IMG/VR virus record: IMGVR_UViG_3300027797_000001
Location: 50,923 to 114,922 of that record
Length of the DNA: 64,000 nt
Origin: a virus
Direction: 5' to 3' (one strand)
The notes under the pieces were generated by a model, which had not been told where the DNA came from, did not search any database, and saw only the letters and a program-made list of their open reading frames with translations. Each line of letters starts with the position of its first letter. The first letter of the stretch is position 1. Below are positions 50,573 to 59,755 of this stretch, piece by piece. The translations under genes and the position numbers were made by a program.

Positions 50573-51742
50573 TTAGCTGATAGCCATCTTCACCACATTA
50601 GTATTTTGCATGAGTTTAGCAAACTTTACCTTGTTTCCATTTACAATCTCTTTGATCATATAATATCTCAAGTCATTTGTAAATGCTTCACAGTCTGTAG
50701 TAAGCTTAGCTAATCTGTCAATAATAGGTGCAGCCACAGAACCTTTCTCAGCCATAACAAGTGAATAGTTTACCAATCTGGTTGCAATTACACTTGAAAT
50801 ATCTGCTCTGAAATCATCATCTTTACCAACTGCACTTGTCAAAGCTCCCATTACATATGCTTCATCTTTGTTAAGAATATCATCCGGAGAGATAATCTTA
50901 TCTAGTTTATTATTAATAAACATAGTAAACATAGAACTAAAGTCAGCACCAACAGAACCCTCACCAATCATTTGGATTAGTGGAAGATCATCTTCAAACT
51001 TTGGAATAGAACTGATAGCATTAAAGAACGTAGTAATAGCTCTTGGATTAACTCTTTGAGTTACAAGCTCTGGGTGCATCAACATAAAGTTAATACATCT
51101 ACCATCTACCCCTGCTGTCTCAGCCCATTTACCCCACACATTAGAATCATACTTCATCTCTACAGAAATAAATCTAGTCTTCTGAGCAACATCTAAGCTG
51201 GTAACATTATAGTCACCATTGTCTGGATTAGTAGTTAAGATTACATGCCAGTTCTTAGGTAGCTTCCAAGAAACATATTCTTGTCTATCTAGAATCTCCA
51301 TAGTAGCTTGCATAAATCTGTGGTCTGCACGAGTATAGTCATCCAATACCAAGAAGCCACCCTCACCTTTACCTTGAATCCACTCTGGAGCAGCATGAGC
51401 CATTCTTTTATCTACAACAGTAAACTTAGCATTAAGAGCTCCTTGAATCTGAGCTTCATTTATCCAACGCTCTTTACCTTCTTGATTTCTTACCAAGAAT
51501 TCTTTAACAGGAAAACCAACTAAGTCACCTAATTCTTCTATCTGAGATAAATTAAGCTTTACTACATCCATGTCAAGTTCTTTACCCAACTGCATGATAG
51601 CTGAAGTCTTACCAAGACCGGCATCACCTTCAATATTAATTGCCACTGGAACTTTTCCTTGGCTTTGGATATACTGGTTATTTGCAACCATATGGCGGAT
51701 AAATCCTTTTAACTCTTCTACGTTTAATTGTACTGTGTTCAT
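50573..51742 (-). CDS. MoxR-like AAA+ ATPase
   Basis: Walker A GDAGLGKT, Walker B LVLDDYTRA, TTNP sensor, D.AQKTRF; adjacent vWA gene. Confidence 0.88.
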   Translation of the reverse strand: MNTVQLNVEELKGFIRHMVANNQYIQSQGKVPVAINIEGDAGLGKTSAIMQLGKELDMDVVKLNLSQIEELGDLVGFPVKEFLVRNQEGKERWINEAQIQGALNAKFTVVDKRMAHAAPEWIQGKGEGGFLVLDDYTRADHRFMQATMEILDRQEYVSWKLPKNWHVILTTNPDNGDYNVTSLDVAQKTRFISVEMKYDSNVWGKWAETAGVDGRCINFMLMHPELVTQRVNPRAITTFFNAISSIPKFEDDLPLIQMIGEGSVGADFSSMFTMFINNKLDKIISPDDILNKDEAYVMGALTSAVGKDDDFRADISSVIATRLVNYSLVMAEKGSVAAPIIDRLAKLTTDCEAFTNDLRYYMIKEIVNGNKVKFAKLMQNTNVVKMAIS

Positions 51743-51753
51743 AGTTTTTCTTT

Positions 51754-52932
51754 TTATAGTTCTAATTTAATCACATGACCTGGTAAACTTTCATTCATAC
51801 TTGATCTCTCTGACAAAACCCACAGGATACGTCCTTTTGGCTTTACAGATGTATAACACTCTCCGTCAGTAAAATACACCAGGCTTGTATATTTCTTTTG
51901 GTTAGCATTATAATAATCTAGGACTGGATCAAACTCAGTCCCACCTCTACCTTTCACATTTAGTTCATTCTTACCTTTGTATTCTTCTATAGAATTAATA
52001 CTAGTGTCACATTGAACTATTGTAATATCCACTCCAGCTTTATAGATATGGTGTATCTCATTCATAAACTCAGTTAACTCTGCATTACTTACAGAACCTG
52101 AAGTATCAATGGCCAACAACATGTGCTGTTTCATTTTAATTTTAAGGCCAGGATTTTCATCATACCTTCTATTCTCTTTTCTTCTAATCTTCTTGGTAAA
52201 TACTTTAGTACTCGTACCAGAAAATCTTCTGACATAACTTCTCCAGTCAAATTTAGGTTTAACTATTTCTTCAATAATTATAACACCTTCTATCTCACCT
52301 GGAACATTCCCCCGCTTCTTAATAGTTTGTTCTTTAGCATCTGATAAAACTTTCTGTAATTGTTTTTCAATTAGTTTTTTCTCAGCTTCACTAAGATCAT
52401 CAAACTCTTCCCAAGTACTGTGATCAGGAACATCTCCATTATCTATGTTGTCTAGCAACTTGTCCATCTCATCATTCCCACAGGTACCATTCTTATCTTT
52501 CTCATCTTTAAGCTGTTGTAGTTTATCATAATAATATCTACAACCTGCTTTAATATCAAGATCAAGATCTTCATAGTCATTTATATTTATACCTCCATCT
52601 GGCAAATATTCTGAATCAATATACTGATTGATCTCCATGTCCATTGCAACATTAGCAAGTTTCTTGTTTCTAAAAGAACCAAAACTTACTAGATGTCCAA
52701 AGGCAATATGCAATAACTCATGCTTGAGTAATCCCATTTGATGCTTCTCACTAAGACTTGTCCAAAACTCCTCATTGATAGCCAACTGATAGTTGATACC
52801 ATTCTTACTCACACCTGCCGTAGGAAGATCTTTTCTCCACATTTTATTGAGCATAATAAGAAAGAACCCATAATAGGGCTCTTTCAACATTAGCTCTTTA
52901 CTAATTTTACTTAGACTCTGCTGTTTGTCCAT
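51754..52932 (-). CDS. Metallopeptidase-like/vWA domain protein (DUF2201-type), MoxR partner
   Basis: HELLH motif; MIDAS DTSGS; GRGGT.F; YFTDG. Confidence 0.88.
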   Translation of the reverse strand: MDKQQSLSKISKELMLKEPYYGFFLIMLNKMWRKDLPTAGVSKNGINYQLAINEEFWTSLSEKHQMGLLKHELLHIAFGHLVSFGSFRNKKLANVAMDMEINQYIDSEYLPDGGININDYEDLDLDIKAGCRYYYDKLQQLKDEKDKNGTCGNDEMDKLLDNIDNGDVPDHSTWEEFDDLSEAEKKLIEKQLQKVLSDAKEQTIKKRGNVPGEIEGVIIIEEIVKPKFDWRSYVRRFSGTSTKVFTKKIRRKENRRYDENPGLKIKMKQHMLLAIDTSGSVSNAELTEFMNEIHHIYKAGVDITIVQCDTSINSIEEYKGKNELNVKGRGGTEFDPVLDYYNANQKKYTSLVYFTDGECYTSVKPKGRILWVLSERSSMNESLPGHVIKLEL

Positions 52933-53335
52933 TGTCTTTTAATTTAATTGTTAACTCAAACTTGTCTGTCGGATATCCCATATTGTCCAACATTCTACCA
53001 AGATTCATCATAAAGTATTCTAGAAATAATTCTATAGAATCTTTAGAAGCATTATTCTTGGTCAGTAATGATAAGATATCACTTGTTGTAGGTTTTGAAT
53101 CCCATCCACCATTGTAATCATGTAGCTTATTTATTATAAAATCATAAACCTTTTTACAATCTCGTTCCCACTCGTCTAGTCTATAGTTACCATATCTAAA
53201 AATAACAAGTATTTCTCCAAGATTGGCTTCTAAATCTAGATCTTCTAAAACTTTGTACACCAGATAATTATTTTCTTTATCTGGTGACTTCATCATATTT
53301 ACTAAATTTTTAACTTCATCTCTACTTAAAATCAT
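52907..53335 (-). CDS. Hypothetical protein
   Basis: 142 aa ORF, translationally coupled via TAATG. Confidence 0.7.
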   Translation of the reverse strand: MILSRDEVKNLVNMMKSPDKENNYLVYKVLEDLDLEANLGEILVIFRYGNYRLDEWERDCKKVYDFIINKLHDYNGGWDSKPTTSDILSLLTKNNASKDSIELFLEYFMMNLGRMLDNMGYPTDKFELTIKLKDNGQTAESK

Positions 53336-53460
53336 TAATCTTCAATATTTAAAAAGGTAATCAGATCTTGGACTTTTTCAATTATATCATCTTTAAGTTC
53401 ATCTGTAAGTGTTTGTAATTCTAAATTATACAACCACTCATTAAATTCATCTTCTGTCAT
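53335..53460 (-). CDS. Small acidic hypothetical protein (41 aa, not in the ORF track)
   Basis: MTEDEFNEWLYNLELQTLTDELKDDIIEKVQDLITFLNIED*; fills the gap exactly, with a TAATG overlap into the next gene. Confidence 0.7.
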   Translation of the reverse strand: MTEDEFNEWLYNLELQTLTDELKDDIIEKVQDLITFLNIED

Positions 53461-53471
53461 TAGTCTTCAAT

Positions 53472-53768
53472 TTAGTAATTTATCAATAGTGTTTTAATCA
53501 AACCTACAGCACTTACTTTATGAAATAAATGAGCAAGTCCTCTTAGATCATTAATGGTAGCGCAATTTATATTTAAATTTACAGTTTCTCCAATATCCGG
53601 AGCTGACAATATCTTTATCATATAGTTGTTATCAATACCATAATCCTTAGTCAGAAATAATATTATATTTGGAAAAAAAGCATGGCTATACTTTTGATTT
53701 TCTACATCAGAGCATATCCAGTCATTTTCTAACAAACTTTCATGTGTTATTTGTATTACATCTTCCAT
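53472..53768 (-). CDS. Hypothetical protein
   Basis: 98 aa ORF, TAATG-coupled to the upstream gene. Confidence 0.65.
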   Translation of the reverse strand: MEDVIQITHESLLENDWICSDVENQKYSHAFFPNIILFLTKDYGIDNNYMIKILSAPDIGETVNLNINCATINDLRGLAHLFHKVSAVGLIKTLLINY

Positions 53769-54109
53769 TAGTCTTCAATTTTTAAAGTTTTAATCATCCA
53801 CTCTGTAGGTGTATTTATATTATCCACCCATTCTTTTGCACTTGGTATATAACCATTGCAATCCTCTTTAACATGTTGTTCTCCAACATATCTTGTATAC
53901 ACTGTTTTGCCCTCTGAATTTTCAAAACTTGGCCCAAACTTTTTCTCACATTCAAATATTCCCTCACTATGATGACGGAACATTCTATGTTTACTGTGTC
54001 CAATCCAAGCCTTAGTTTCATCAAACCACTCATGAATTAACTGATAATCAGATATTTGCCCACCCCATCTTCTTACTGATGATTTAGCATGTTCTAGTGG
54101 ATGTGACAT
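53768..54109 (-). CDS. DUF6915-like His-rich protein
   Basis: HP..HA.SS...WGG...IH.WFDETK...HR..RHH.EG...EQHV.ED pattern. Confidence 0.7.
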   Translation of the reverse strand: MSHPLEHAKSSVRRWGGQISDYQLIHEWFDETKAWIGHSKHRMFRHHSEGIFECEKKFGPSFENSEGKTVYTRYVGEQHVKEDCNGYIPSAKEWVDNINTPTEWMIKTLKIED

Positions 54110-54510
54110 TATTCTTCTGTGTTTTTAAATAAATTACCCTCATGTGTGTAGTCTTCAATTTCCACAATTCTAACATTGTTATTTATAAGATATTCACCTG
54201 AAGGAACTTTAATTAATAAATCTCCATAACCACCTTCATTATTCCACCAATCCTCAATATTATCAAGTATTGTTTCATGGGCAAAGTTCTGAATATTTGC
54301 ATCTGCACTAGAGTTCAATGTAGCAAGAGCTATATTTTCATCCCACTCATTTAGAAGATCAATATCAGAAAATTCTGCATCTTCTTTATCTGTATATACT
54401 ATAGCTTCAATAGCTCCACTATCTCCACCACCATCATAATGTATTTTAATACCAGTAACCCCCTGATCCGCTAATTGGATCAAGACTTCCATTAATTGTT
54501 CTTCTGTCAT
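54109..54510 (-). CDS. Acidic DUF6878-like protein
   Basis: GV..I.I.YDGGGDSG and W.NNEGGYG motifs; adjacent to the DUF6915-like gene. Confidence 0.55.
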   Translation of the reverse strand: MTEEQLMEVLIQLADQGVTGIKIHYDGGGDSGAIEAIVYTDKEDAEFSDIDLLNEWDENIALATLNSSADANIQNFAHETILDNIEDWWNNEGGYGDLLIKVPSGEYLINNNVRIVEIEDYTHEGNLFKNTEE

Positions 54511-54512
54511 AA

Positions 54513-54941
54513 TTATTTGAATTTGTAAAACCTGCCTAGAATATTTCCATTCAGAAACTCATCACTCTCAAGTACTCCCCTAACAAACTGATACTTAGTC
54601 TCATAATAAGTAAGTTCAGTCTTAGTAAGACATATCTTGATAATGTACCTTCTAATGTCTATCCCGGCTTTATGTGCAGCTTTTAATTCTGCATTGCTAC
54701 TATAATAATCTATATATGATAGCTTCTTTTGTATAGTATACTTTTTAGTTCTTTTATCCTGCAACTGTTCTACAGCTCTCTTACCCATTCTCTTCTTTGT
54801 TGTAGAATAAAAGTTCTTCTTTCCAATATACCTTACAAGCTTTCCATTTATTATAGCCTGCATCTCATACACAAAACCTTCTGCTCCTTCTGGAATCATG
54901 GAGTTTTCAAAGTCTTGCCCTTGGTATGACCATTTACTCAT
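54513..54941 (-). CDS. GIY-YIG family endonuclease-like protein
   Basis: GFVYEM...RYIGKK, YYSS, LTYYE, N.NI motifs. Confidence 0.7.
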   Translation of the reverse strand: MSKWSYQGQDFENSMIPEGAEGFVYEMQAIINGKLVRYIGKKNFYSTTKKRMGKRAVEQLQDKRTKKYTIQKKLSYIDYYSSNAELKAAHKAGIDIRRYIIKICLTKTELTYYETKYQFVRGVLESDEFLNGNILGRFYKFK

Positions 54942-55921
54942 AATAATGCTTGTTTTAATAACGGTAATAGATTCTCTCTAACTTTATCTATACCATGTAC
55001 TTTAATAGCATCTGATAAATCCTTCTCCATCTCTAGAATAACATATTCAAAACCATATCTAGATTTGTATTTCTCCGCAGCTTTTATACCAGCCTCATCA
55101 TTATCAAACAACACACATACTTTCTGATACTTAGAACTAATGCTACTCATTATATTCTCTGGCATCATAGTATTCTCACTGTCTGGTGCAATTGCTTCTG
55201 AATTACTAATCTTTAGTTTTTGATATGCCATTAAATCTTTAAGTGAAGATGCAATAATTAAATAAGGTTTATCAAATACTAATTGTTCAGTACCTTGTAT
55301 ATAATCTCTTACCTTGATAAATTTACTGTCTTTTACTTTTGGCTGATAGATCTTATAGAGTGTCCCATCATCTTTAAAATACCCATACATATAATTGCCC
55401 TTGATAGTTATACTTGACACAACATCATTTTCATCTGTCTTTGTCATCACATAATATTCTAGTGGAACCACATTATATCTAGACAATAATCTAGAACCAA
55501 TGTGATATTTCATCCAATATTTTTGATCAAGAGTATTCCAGTGCCGCATCTCATAATCAGTAACTTTAAATTTACTGTGTTGTTTATAAGACTTTATAGG
55601 ATTATGACCATTGTTTAGAACATACTGGTTATAGTCTTCTATAATCTTATAACTTGCGGAACCTCTAGTGGGTAAATTAAATAGACTTTGGACAAGAGCA
55701 ATAGAATCACCACCATTACCTGAAGAAAAATCTTTAAACTTATAGATACTATTTCTGTCAATATAAATACACATAGAAGGTGTCTTCTCCCGTGGATTAA
55801 ATACTGACTTCATTTTAATATCTTGTCCTGTGAGTTTTTCTGTTAGGTTAAGATAATGTTCAAATGCCCATTCTCTTGGGACATCAGTTAAATCACATAT
55901 TAAGTTTTTTGTGGAAATCAT
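54938..55921 (-). CDS. DNA primase (Toprim), crAss-like
   Basis: E.TPS...FKDFSSG.GGD N-terminal region; Toprim SSLKD and LFDNDEAG; KDLSD. Confidence 0.85.
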   Translation of the reverse strand: MISTKNLICDLTDVPREWAFEHYLNLTEKLTGQDIKMKSVFNPREKTPSMCIYIDRNSIYKFKDFSSGNGGDSIALVQSLFNLPTRGSASYKIIEDYNQYVLNNGHNPIKSYKQHSKFKVTDYEMRHWNTLDQKYWMKYHIGSRLLSRYNVVPLEYYVMTKTDENDVVSSITIKGNYMYGYFKDDGTLYKIYQPKVKDSKFIKVRDYIQGTEQLVFDKPYLIIASSLKDLMAYQKLKISNSEAIAPDSENTMMPENIMSSISSKYQKVCVLFDNDEAGIKAAEKYKSRYGFEYVILEMEKDLSDAIKVHGIDKVRENLLPLLKQALL

Positions 55922-55937
55922 AGCAACCCAAGTTAAG

Positions 55938-55970
55938 TAAATAAAGGGGCCATTACAACCCCTTTATTTA
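55938..55970. terminator. 12-bp perfect inverted repeat (possible terminator)
   Basis: TAAATAAAGGGG-CCATTACAA-CCCCTTTATTTA between the SSB-like gene and primase. Confidence 0.7.
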
Positions 55971-55977
55971 GGAGTTG

Positions 55978-56670
55978 TTAATCTAAACTAAAGTCAGAAG
56001 ATGTTCTTCCTGGTGTTGGAAATTCATCATCATCATCACCAAAATTATCTACTGGCTTTACCTCAATTTTCTTAAGGTGCTTAGCCTCGTCATACTTAAG
56101 AATTCTATCAGAACCTTCTTCACCATAAGCATACTTATTATTTTCAGCTTTTGGTAACCACATGTCATATGCAGTATAGCCAGACTTGTTCTCATATTCC
56201 TTACCGGCAACACAGAAATCTAGATACTTATCTTTAAGTGGAGCATTGTTACTAAAGTTTCTTACAAAATCTTCAATTGTATTAAACTTGTTATCCTGCT
56301 CCTCAAACCAACTCATTATTCCAGTTGCCTTAGACAAGTTAGCCAAGAACATCATCAAAGATCTATCTCTCTGAATTTTAATTCCAGACTTAGTTTGCCC
56401 ATCAGCATATGCATATTGACTAGCTTTTACTCTACCAATCTGACCCTTATATCTTCCTTTGCTTTCATCATCTTTATCAATCAGAAAACCTTCAAACCCG
56501 TCAATTGGTTCTGTCTCAACATTTAGTATTAAGTGTTTAGCACCATCAATAAATTGAAAGTCTTCTAACGTAATACTGTTGATTTTTAATTTGTGATTTC
56601 CTGGGGCAATAGTTTTTGCCATTCCACCACCACCATTCTCATTTACTAGATCTTTTGTACTTAAACCCAT
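55978..56670 (-). CDS. Probable single-stranded DNA-binding protein
   Basis: Lies between the Sak4-like ATPase and primase; beta-rich body; acidic tail FGDDDDEFP...SDFSLD. Confidence 0.6.
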   Translation of the reverse strand: MGLSTKDLVNENGGGGMAKTIAPGNHKLKINSITLEDFQFIDGAKHLILNVETEPIDGFEGFLIDKDDESKGRYKGQIGRVKASQYAYADGQTKSGIKIQRDRSLMMFLANLSKATGIMSWFEEQDNKFNTIEDFVRNFSNNAPLKDKYLDFCVAGKEYENKSGYTAYDMWLPKAENNKYAYGEEGSDRILKYDEAKHLKKIEVKPVDNFGDDDDEFPTPGRTSSDFSLD

Positions 56671-56685
56671 TTTGTTTGTTTTTTA

Positions 56686-57405
56686 TTATTTATACACTTT
56701 ATTCCAGTAAGTCTTTAACTTACCATCTTTCATCTCAGAAATTATTATTTCTTCATTTTGCAAGTGCTCTGGCCTTGCACCACAAGTCACTTCTTCATTA
56801 GTTTTAAAGCTAAGAATGGTTTCATTACCCTTTCTATACATATAACCAATTGCATCTGCGTTAGCACAAATTAGAGATTTTATCTTGCCTGTCAAATCTA
56901 TATTTGCAGACATAACCATCTCTCCTTTATCATCTACCTGCTTGTCTTTAATGTGACCAGATAAAATAATATGGGGAGCTAAGGTATCAATAAAATCTAA
57001 AACTTGAAAGAATGCTTGCCTAACATATAAGTAACCCGCACCATTAGGTAATGTAAGAACACTGTCTCCAGAATAATTCTTACCCATTGATGTTTGTTTA
57101 TATAAGTTAATTGCAAGTGGCATAACCATATCTTCTAGAGCTGTAACAGTATCAATAGTAATATATTGATATGGATAACCAGCATCTTTGATTGCTTTGC
57201 CAACTTCTTTCAACTCCTGAAGATTATTAGCTTTGACTTTAAGTGCTTCTACATAGTCTGCACCATTCTCTAAGTCAATAATTAAATTATCATCAAGACC
57301 TGCAAATGCAGTTGTCTTACCTGTCTTAGGCTTTGAATACACAATTAATCTCTTAGGATTAACCCTGTTAGCTTTTACTTTTTTAGTTGGAAGTACTATA
57401 CCCAT
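56686..57405 (-). CDS. Sak4-like / AAA_24 P-loop ATPase (recombination)
   Basis: YSKPKTGKTT, IIDLENG, ITIDTVT, SGH, ADAIGY. Confidence 0.85.
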   Translation of the reverse strand: MGIVLPTKKVKANRVNPKRLIVYSKPKTGKTTAFAGLDDNLIIDLENGADYVEALKVKANNLQELKEVGKAIKDAGYPYQYITIDTVTALEDMVMPLAINLYKQTSMGKNYSGDSVLTLPNGAGYLYVRQAFFQVLDFIDTLAPHIILSGHIKDKQVDDKGEMVMSANIDLTGKIKSLICANADAIGYMYRKGNETILSFKTNEEVTCGARPEHLQNEEIIISEMKDGKLKTYWNKVYK

Positions 57406-57406
57406 G

Positions 57407-57988
57407 TTATTTGTTTTTTAGTGCTATTGCAAGTTTTTGAAATCCAGCTGCAATCTCCAGTAAAATAGCAGATACATCATCAGAGCCTTCTATGTCTTTC
57501 ATTTTGGGAACAAACTCCTCTTCAAAATCTGGAAACACACTTAGTCTCTTTTGTTCTTTTGGTTCTTCAGTTCTCTGTGTCTCATAGCTATTGTAAGGAA
57601 TTTCTTCAGACCCTTTGTTTACACAAACAAGTTCTGAAGTTGGAACAACATATGCAGAATACTCCTCGCCTCTAGAATTTGTAGAAGTTTTAACTTCATA
57701 CTCTTCCTTAAAATAAGGATTGTATCTATACTTGAATAGTGGTCTTTCCCAAAACATGGAAACCATGTTTGTCTCAGCTCCTCTTGCATCCCTCTCAATG
57801 TCCACTAATTCTATATAGATATCAGTACCCTTGTTTAATTCATTTTCAAAAAACTGAATCTGTCTTCCAAACTTACCTTTGCTATAAAATGCAGTCTTAG
57901 CTGTAAACTGATGACCACTGGTTAGTTTTTCTAAAAACTTTGAGTGATGTTCCATCAACTCTTTTTCTTTTTCTTTTCTGTTATACAT
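57407..57988 (-). CDS. Hypothetical protein
   Basis: 193 aa ORF in the replication operon. Confidence 0.75.
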   Translation of the reverse strand: MYNRKEKEKELMEHHSKFLEKLTSGHQFTAKTAFYSKGKFGRQIQFFENELNKGTDIYIELVDIERDARGAETNMVSMFWERPLFKYRYNPYFKEEYEVKTSTNSRGEEYSAYVVPTSELVCVNKGSEEIPYNSYETQRTEEPKEQKRLSVFPDFEEEFVPKMKDIEGSDDVSAILLEIAAGFQKLAIALKNK

Positions 57989-57999
57989 AATTTTTAATT

Positions 58000-58971
58000 T
58001 TAATTTGATGTAGGTGGTGGATCAATTTCCATAAGCCTCATGACATTTCTATCTAACTTGAAGAAGTTCATACCCATAAAGCCATTTCTAGATTTTAGTA
58101 TGTGAAATACTAATAAATCTGGGTCATTGATAATATACCTCTCAGGTCCATAGAATTTAAGTTTTCTATTGGCAGGACGGTTAATACCAAGCACTACATC
58201 TGCATGTTGTAATAAAGCATCAGAACCATATAAATCAGAGTCAAGAATATAGTTTCCATATGTACCATTTTTAGCTCTTTCTATAGTTTCAACATTTCTG
58301 TTTAACTGACTAAGAACCAAGAATGCCACAGGAAACTTCTTCTTCATTTCTGTAAGGGCTTCACCTAATGTATAAAGCATCTCAAACTTATCCTTCTGCC
58401 CCTTACCAACCTTAAATAAAGCTGAATGATCTATAGTAACTAAAGTATTTGTAAATCCATCTTCACTTTTATGCTTCTCCATATAAGCATGAATAGTAGC
58501 ACACATCTCATCTACTGTACATGGATCATACACCACATCTACTATATCATAACTTGCTGTACTATCATAAAATTCCACACACTTTTGAAAAATACTTTTG
58601 TCAACAGGTTTTCCCTTACTCATCAGAGTATTGTAATCAGAACCTACATTCATAGACAATTTTCTAATACCATTTGTCTCATCTAACATCTCAAACTGAA
58701 ACTTTAGTATTCTGAACTTTTGGTCAGGATTAATCATTATGACATCATTAACCAATTGTTCCATAAATAAAGTCTTACCGGTTCCTGGCCGAGCACCAAC
58801 AACTGTAATAGTTCTCCATTCTAGACCATCACAAAAAATATTATTAAAATTTACCCAAGCTGTCTTCAATGATTTTAATTCACCATTGTGTCTAGCTTTC
58901 ATTTTATAGAGAGCTTTTTTAACAGCATCTCTTTCACTCACAGCCTTTAAAGGGCTCGCATTATTATACAT
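58000..58971 (-). CDS. dnaB: DnaB-like replicative helicase (C-terminal ATPase domain only)
   Basis: GARPGTGKT, FEM, IDH, LSQLNR, SDLYGSDALLQHAD, KSRNG. Confidence 0.9.
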   Translation of the reverse strand: MYNNASPLKAVSERDAVKKALYKMKARHNGELKSLKTAWVNFNNIFCDGLEWRTITVVGARPGTGKTLFMEQLVNDVIMINPDQKFRILKFQFEMLDETNGIRKLSMNVGSDYNTLMSKGKPVDKSIFQKCVEFYDSTASYDIVDVVYDPCTVDEMCATIHAYMEKHKSEDGFTNTLVTIDHSALFKVGKGQKDKFEMLYTLGEALTEMKKKFPVAFLVLSQLNRNVETIERAKNGTYGNYILDSDLYGSDALLQHADVVLGINRPANRKLKFYGPERYIINDPDLLVFHILKSRNGFMGMNFFKLDRNVMRLMEIDPPPTSN

Positions 58972-58981
58972 ATTCTATAGA

Positions 58982-59170
58982 TTAATTTTCCGGGGTACCT
59001 TCTATTGAAGGTTGAATTCTTTCATATAAATAATGAGACAAAGTAATTATAGCTTCTATAGCTATATACTGCAAAATGCTCACTTCTATAATGTAGTTGT
59101 TAATTATTAGATACAAACACACGCTCCCAATAATCCCAATAAGTAACTTCTTTAAATTTATATGTATCAA
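58982..59170 (-). CDS. Small membrane protein
   Basis: 62 aa with two hydrophobic stretches; ATGA overlap with the upstream gene. Confidence 0.6.
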   Translation of the reverse strand: MIHINLKKLLIGIIGSVCLYLIINNYIIEVSILQYIAIEAIITLSHYLYERIQPSIEGTPEN

Positions 59171-59754
59171 AATAGTCTTTCTTTAATAAATATTATTTCA
59201 TCATCTGGTTTGTTTATAATCATTTCACAATAATCAGCTAAATCTGAGTCCCAAGTTTTGTCACTGCTTTGCTTTCTAATAAAATATTGAGATGTTCTCA
59301 TATACTGATAATCAATCTCCCTGTATTCCAAAACATATTTCTTTGCTGCTAACAAAACTGTTTCCCAATCATAATCATAAGTTTCAAAGAACCATCTAAA
59401 TGCATTTTCTAAGTTTTTAGAATTAGATCTTGCATACTTACCACTGGCAAGTTTAATACTTGGAAATGTTTCTGAATACTTTTTTACAGAGTCTTCAAAA
59501 TTATCTCCCAATAAAAGTTTAGATGTTTTCTTTTTTGACTTCTTAAAGAAGCCATCAATCTCAGTAGTAAAGATAATACTTTTATTTGTTAATGTCAAGT
59601 CTTCATTTAACCAACCATCAGAAATTAATCTCTTTACTTCTAATTCCTTGCTTATATAAGATGCAGGAATTATACTTTGTTTTACACAATGTAAAACATA
59701 ATAACTATTTGGAGTAATTCCTTCTCCAATCAATCTTAAAAATATATCTTCCAT
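59167..59754 (-). CDS. Hypothetical protein, possible replication initiator/helicase loader
   Basis: 195 aa; possible winged-helix N-terminus; upstream of the helicase. Confidence 0.55.
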   Translation of the reverse strand: MEDIFLRLIGEGITPNSYYVLHCVKQSIIPASYISKELEVKRLISDGWLNEDLTLTNKSIIFTTEIDGFFKKSKKKTSKLLLGDNFEDSVKKYSETFPSIKLASGKYARSNSKNLENAFRWFFETYDYDWETVLLAAKKYVLEYREIDYQYMRTSQYFIRKQSSDKTWDSDLADYCEMIINKPDDEIIFIKERLF

Positions 59755-59755
59755 A

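Noticed and set aside
53333-53779. CRISPR-like array interpretation of the 14-bp junction repeats
   Set aside because: Repeats are too short, spacing is irregular (125 and 308 bp), the intervening sequences are ORFs and no cas genes are present.
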